Of a DNA stretch of 64,000 bases, positions 59,889-64,000 are shown piece after piece (the stretch's first letter is position 1; each line of letters starts with the position of its first letter). The position numbers were made by a program, and so were the translations under genes. Location: positions 682,001-746,000 of the forward strand of contig JAUPSS010000002.1 of the NCBI GenBank assembly GCA_040285825.1, written 5' to 3'. This DNA comes from Eukaryota sp. TZLM1-RC. Its lineage: Eukaryota; Protista; Metamonada: BaSk clade. The notes under the pieces are model-generated. The model worked only from the letters and a program-made list of their open reading frames with translations. It made no database searches and was not told the origin of the DNA.

Positions 59889-62864
59889 TCAAGTTTTCTT
59901 GTCAATATCAATTGATTTTTCCCATAAATGATCAAAATCCATAGCTGTTTTTAATCTATTCCATGAACAATGTTCTTGTACATCACTAGAAACTCTTCTT
60001 AAATGATCTACACCAATGGGAACATAGTCTTGTAATATTTGCCGTAGTGGATTAGTATAAGATTCAAAAGAGGGTGGCGGAAGACTACTTATACCAGATG
60101 ATTTGTAGTAATTGTCCATGGTTGAGTCCAGTCCAGCCAACAGTACATTACCATGAGCTAAGGCATTAGAAGCTACTTCACCCCCCTCTGGAGAGGAAAG
60201 AAAAGCAAGGCGAGAATTGATGTCGGAGAGGCTTAAACTGTATTTGCAACTTTTGTATGATAGCAAGTTCTTCACAATGTCACTGGGAAGAGACTTGAAC
60301 TCCAAGAGAAAATAGTCATCAAGTGGGGCAAACTTTTCGGCTTCAGCTACTTCCTTTACATCTGTGGACTTAATACTAGCTCTACGAACCCTTTCCTTCT
60401 TTTTCCTTGGCTCAGAAACTGGAGAAACTTGGGTACGGAGTCTTTTTCTTCTTTTTACTGATTCTTCCTTGACAAAGTCTTTGTCTTTGCGTGCGTCTTT
60501 CCTTGGTTCTTTGCGTACATCCTTTCGAGAAATTTTTATTGCTCTATCAGTAGGTTTGCCAGTAAATTTGAAAGGTTTGAGTTGAAAGTTGGAAAGTTTA
60601 GAAGTGTCGGGAGAAAGCTGAGGAAAGGGATCAAACTTTGGAATTTTGGAAACAGCTGGGGTTGGAATGTTTTGTTCCAATTCTGGTTCAGCAAATTCTG
60701 TTTCCAATTTAGGTAACAGTCGATTGGATTCAACCCAATCATATTCAACTTCCAACCCAAAACAATCAGAAATTTCAGGAAAGAAGTCCAAATTGATCTC
60801 AAACAAATTCCCTTCTTGGCCACTCATCCATTGTACAGAATGAAATTTTTCAAAAAACCACCGCTGTCTGAAAGAAGAATTCAAAAGAAAGAGTAAATCT
60901 TTAGAGTCCTGTAGTGACTCATAGCAAGTTGAAACGTCATGCCAGTCCGATTTTGGCAGAAAGAGGTCAAATATGGGACTTGAAACGTTAACCCCAGAGT
61001 TTGAATGGTCAATATCAAGGGAAGCTTCAGCAAGTGTTAAATAATGCTTAATTTTTTTGGTCCTTTGAGGATAGAATTTTGAGGCAAAGAGATCAATTCC
61101 TAATGCAAATAAATAATCATGGCAAATAGTATGAAAAAAAGTGAATTTTCGTTGTGTGGAGAGCATAATTAAAATCTTGGAATCATAATGAGATGAGTGG
61201 AAATTTAAAAGATCATGTGAATCGTAGTGATATTGAATAGTCCACTTTGGGTTTGGTTTAAGCAAGAGCAACTGTTCAAAATCAATTAAAAACTGATTGG
61301 AATGAAGAAGAACAATCACTTTCGACCCCAAAGGAACATCCAAGAGTGACTTATACAATCTTTTCACCAAAGTGCTAGTCCTACAATGAAGAAAATTGTT
61401 AATTTCAGATTGTAATGTTGAAAATGAATTAATAACTGGGGGGATATACAGGAGTTGAAATGTTGGTTCAAGAGGTTCAAATTTTCTCACGACTTGGGAC
61501 AGTTTTTGATCTAAAGCTGCTTCCGTATTGAAATTTAATGAGCAAGTAGAAATAATTCGTGCAAAAGTATTGAAAAATGGAGAAATATTCATCAAAATTC
61601 TGTAAAAATCTGGCACTCTTTCGGCGTGGGAAAATTTAGGAACAATGTTTAATAAAAAGCTGAATAATTGAAACCTAATTGGCAGGTCATTGGTGGTTAA
61701 TTCAACAAAATCTAACAAAAACTCAGATAATAAATCGCTAATAGAGCATACGAATGGTGAAATTATATTAATAAAATGAGAATTATTCGATAAATTAACA
61801 ACATAATCAACCAAATCGTGTCCACTGTTTACACAAAGAGTTTCCCCTTGATCAAATAAATCAACTAAGGTTAAAGGGAGGGTGGGATTAGGGTTATGAT
61901 AAATAAAAGGAAAAGTTGTTGAAAAATCTGATAGCATTGTGTCTAAGTCAGAATTAATTGAAATTTGTGATTTGATTAACTGAGAATACAACGCCTTAAA
62001 TTCAGATGAGTTTTCCAATACTAATGCAGTATCAAAAGAAATGAAACTAAAAATAGATAAATTATTGAAACAACAGCCCAAATGGTCACTTTCCGCCAAA
62101 AGAGTAAACATTTGGGCGGGAAATTCAGAAAGTCTTGGGCAAAGTTCCAAAAGACTAAACAAATTAACCGCATCAACATAATCAACAACAATCCAATCAA
62201 AATGATTATGATTTTTTAAAGGAATAAGATTGCTAACAAAATCGATTACGTCACAAACAACAATATTACTATCACCAAAGGAAGAACATTGAGAGTTGAA
62301 CAGACTTGCTTTAAGCCCAAACCTTTTACAAATACCATCAACTTCAAAATATAGGGGAAGAAGCCTTTCAGAGTAGGTAAGTAATAAAACTTTAGAAAAA
62401 TGATGGAAAATTGAGTAATTAATTAGGTTGTTGTAAATTGTACTATTCACTGAATTCTCTAATATAATACAAGAATTAATTTTTTTAAAACAAGTCCTGG
62501 ATAAATAACTTGTTAGCTTAATATCCAAAAAGTCTTCATCAGATAATACAGTCCAGCCTGGTTGAATGATGGAACGTAGATGGGTTTGAAGCAAAGAAAG
62601 TTCAGCACCAAGAAGATTGTATTCTTGAGAGATAGCGTTGATCAAGGAGGGATGGAGTGGACTGTGGTAGTCAGTAGAAAGTTGAGAAGGGCAAGAGACA
62701 ATGCAAGAAAATGCCAACTTTCGTAGAACTGAACGTTGAAGTGCTCGATTTTGTTGAGCAAGAAGAGCAAGTGAAGGAATCTGTACAAGCACATCATCCC
62801 ACAGTGTCTTGGGACGTTTAAATGTCTTTACACGAACAAGAGCATCAGGAAGGCATTGATCCAT
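59889..62864 (-). CDS. Highly diverged SWR1/SRCAP/p400-like protein (HSA plus degenerate Snf2 fold)
   Basis: HSA-like RPKTLWDDVL..LA..R..RKLA; motif II-like WIVVDYVD; motif IV/V-like SKVIVL..FLIDFEQLL and LIMLSTQR. Confidence 0.5.
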   Translation of the reverse strand: MDQCLPDALVRVKTFKRPKTLWDDVLVQIPSLALLAQQNRALQRSVLRKLAFSCIVSCPSQLSTDYHSPLHPSLINAISQEYNLLGAELSLLQTHLRSIIQPGWTVLSDEDFLDIKLTSYLSRTCFKKINSCIILENSVNSTIYNNLINYSIFHHFSKVLLLTYSERLLPLYFEVDGICKRFGLKASLFNSQCSSFGDSNIVVCDVIDFVSNLIPLKNHNHFDWIVVDYVDAVNLFSLLELCPRLSEFPAQMFTLLAESDHLGCCFNNLSIFSFISFDTALVLENSSEFKALYSQLIKSQISINSDLDTMLSDFSTTFPFIYHNPNPTLPLTLVDLFDQGETLCVNSGHDLVDYVVNLSNNSHFINIISPFVCSISDLLSEFLLDFVELTTNDLPIRFQLFSFLLNIVPKFSHAERVPDFYRILMNISPFFNTFARIISTCSLNFNTEAALDQKLSQVVRKFEPLEPTFQLLYIPPVINSFSTLQSEINNFLHCRTSTLVKRLYKSLLDVPLGSKVIVLLHSNQFLIDFEQLLLLKPNPKWTIQYHYDSHDLLNFHSSHYDSKILIMLSTQRKFTFFHTICHDYLFALGIDLFASKFYPQRTKKIKHYLTLAEASLDIDHSNSGVNVSSPIFDLFLPKSDWHDVSTCYESLQDSKDLLFLLNSSFRQRWFFEKFHSVQWMSGQEGNLFEINLDFFPEISDCFGLEVEYDWVESNRLLPKLETEFAEPELEQNIPTPAVSKIPKFDPFPQLSPDTSKLSNFQLKPFKFTGKPTDRAIKISRKDVRKEPRKDARKDKDFVKEESVKRRKRLRTQVSPVSEPRKKKERVRRASIKSTDVKEVAEAEKFAPLDDYFLLEFKSLPSDIVKNLLSYKSCKYSLSLSDINSRLAFLSSPEGGEVASNALAHGNVLLAGLDSTMDNYYKSSGISSLPPPSFESYTNPLRQILQDYVPIGVDHLRRVSSDVQEHCSWNRLKTAMDFDHLWEKSIDIDKKT

Positions 62865-62906
62865 TGTGGTAGGGTCCTTTTTTCAATACCTAAATTACTA
62901 TTAGAT

Positions 62907-64000
62907 ATGCTATCTACGGATGATTATGCTCGTCTGAGGCAGACGGAGCTCCTCTTTAAGACCAATCTAATGGGACTTCAAACTAATGAACTTATTGCTT
63001 CTTCCAAACTCGCTACAAATGCTATTCCACACAAAGCCATTAAGTCCTTCTGTGACAAACTTCAGTCATTGCCGACAGTTGACATTTCTTACACAAACCT
63101 CACCTCCTCCCATCCAGATAGTTTCTTTTCGTCTCTAGTGGCCAGGAACAACCTTCTGATACCCGATTCCCTCCACTTCACTGCCCCCTCTTCTTCTGAC
63201 ATATCTTCCTATTTTGTAGCTCCATCTGTTCTCCTTCTCCCTAACCCTACTTGTTACATAGATATCAAAGTACCCTCTTCAATCTCAACTTCCAGGCCCT
63301 TTTCCAAAGCAACTTGGTTGGTAAGAAGACACGTTTACCTCTTACATCTTATGACCAGTCTTTTTAAGTATTCACCTGAACTTGTTGAGGTATGTGGCGC
63401 TTCTACAGGGATCTATAATTTAAAAGTTCATTTAAATGAGAGTAATTTAACACTAATTATTAAACCAGTTTTTGCCTCTGAATTGTTTACTCTTCACTCT
63501 TTTTTATTTGATTTAGAAAATCCTAATCCTATTTTATATAATTCTATTTGTGCTTCATTGTTTCGGTTTGAAATTCATTCTGATTTAGATTCATTTATAG
63601 ATGGATTTATTCTATTTCGCACTTGGTTAAACCGCTTGGGATTTGGCAATTGCTCTGTTGAGTTTTCCGTCTGCGTGATCAATCATTTGATTGATCAGAA
63701 GTTGATTAATCAATCACATTCCAGTTTCCAGGTGTTTAGAATTCTCTTAAACTTTATCATTAATAATACCAACAATGATGAATTAAAAGGATTTTATGAA
63801 TTTGAAAATGAAAATGTTAACCAATATTCTATTGATTTTTCCTTATTCCCTCAATCTTTTGTCGTTAAATTTCATTCAAAGTCCCTGTTTTTCAATCTTT
63901 TGGCCTCTTTCTCTGCAGGGTTTTTAACTGACTTGCTCTCCTGTGCCAGACGGTCATTTGAGATCCTTCAATCAATTGATGATACTGATGATTCAGTTCT
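62907..64000 (+). CDS. NOL6: NOL6/Utp22 (Nrap), 5' part; runs off the window
   Basis: MLSTDDYARLRQTELLFKTNLMGLQTNELI resembles the Utp22 motif ETxELFKSNxFKLQIDEL. Absent from the ORF track, consistent with no stop in the window. Confidence 0.75.
   Translation, partial: MLSTDDYARLRQTELLFKTNLMGLQTNELIASSKLATNAIPHKAIKSFCDKLQSLPTVDISYTNLTSSHPDSFFSSLVARNNLLIPDSLHFTAPSSSDISSYFVAPSVLLLPNPTCYIDIKVPSSISTSRPFSKATWLVRRHVYLLHLMTSLFKYSPELVEVCGASTGIYNLKVHLNESNLTLIIKPVFASELFTLHSFLFDLENPNPILYNSICASLFRFEIHSDLDSFIDGFILFRTWLNRLGFGNCSVEFSVCVINHLIDQKLINQSHSSFQVFRILLNFIINNTNNDELKGFYEFENENVNQYSIDFSLFPQSFVVKFHSKSLFFNLLASFSAGFLTDLLSCARRSFEILQSIDDTDDSV

Noticed and set aside
1-64000. Stop-codon reassignment as the cause of the many broken ORFs
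   Set aside because: Conserved host genes are open in the standard code and end in TAA, TAG or TGA. Breaks are confined to TEs/pseudogenes or explained by introns.

Overview
AT-rich, gene-dense eukaryotic DNA using the standard genetic code, with 26-31 nt GT-AG introns, 42-54 bp head-to-head gene spacing and flagellar genes. This suggests a compact-genome flagellated protist (inference). Host genes: V-ATPase d, a CCCH+HIT-like protein, two identical histone H3 genes in inverted orientation, a cyclophilin, MNS1, FIP1, a CDC27-like TPR protein, ROPN1L/RSP11-like, MEMO1, a prokaryote-like phosphohexomutase, TMEM231, a HEAT protein, a degenerate SWR1/SRCAP-like protein and NOL6/UTP22 (5' part). 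The spacers are mosaics of mobile elements: a Ty3/gypsy chromovirus with identical 79-bp LTRs inserted into an otherwise intact Mutator transposase (both TSDs visible), a decayed hAT, a hAT MITE, two decayed gypsy relatives and many RLE-type non-LTR fragments (CRE-like and Hero/NeSL-like). Most interesting is a Fanzor1 (eukaryotic TnpB-derived, RNA-guided nuclease) family present at three loci. In both copies that retain a 3' end, the putative omegaRNA-bearing tail runs co-linearly right up to the ATG of an unrelated host gene. All assignments come from motif recognition by eye; no searches were run.
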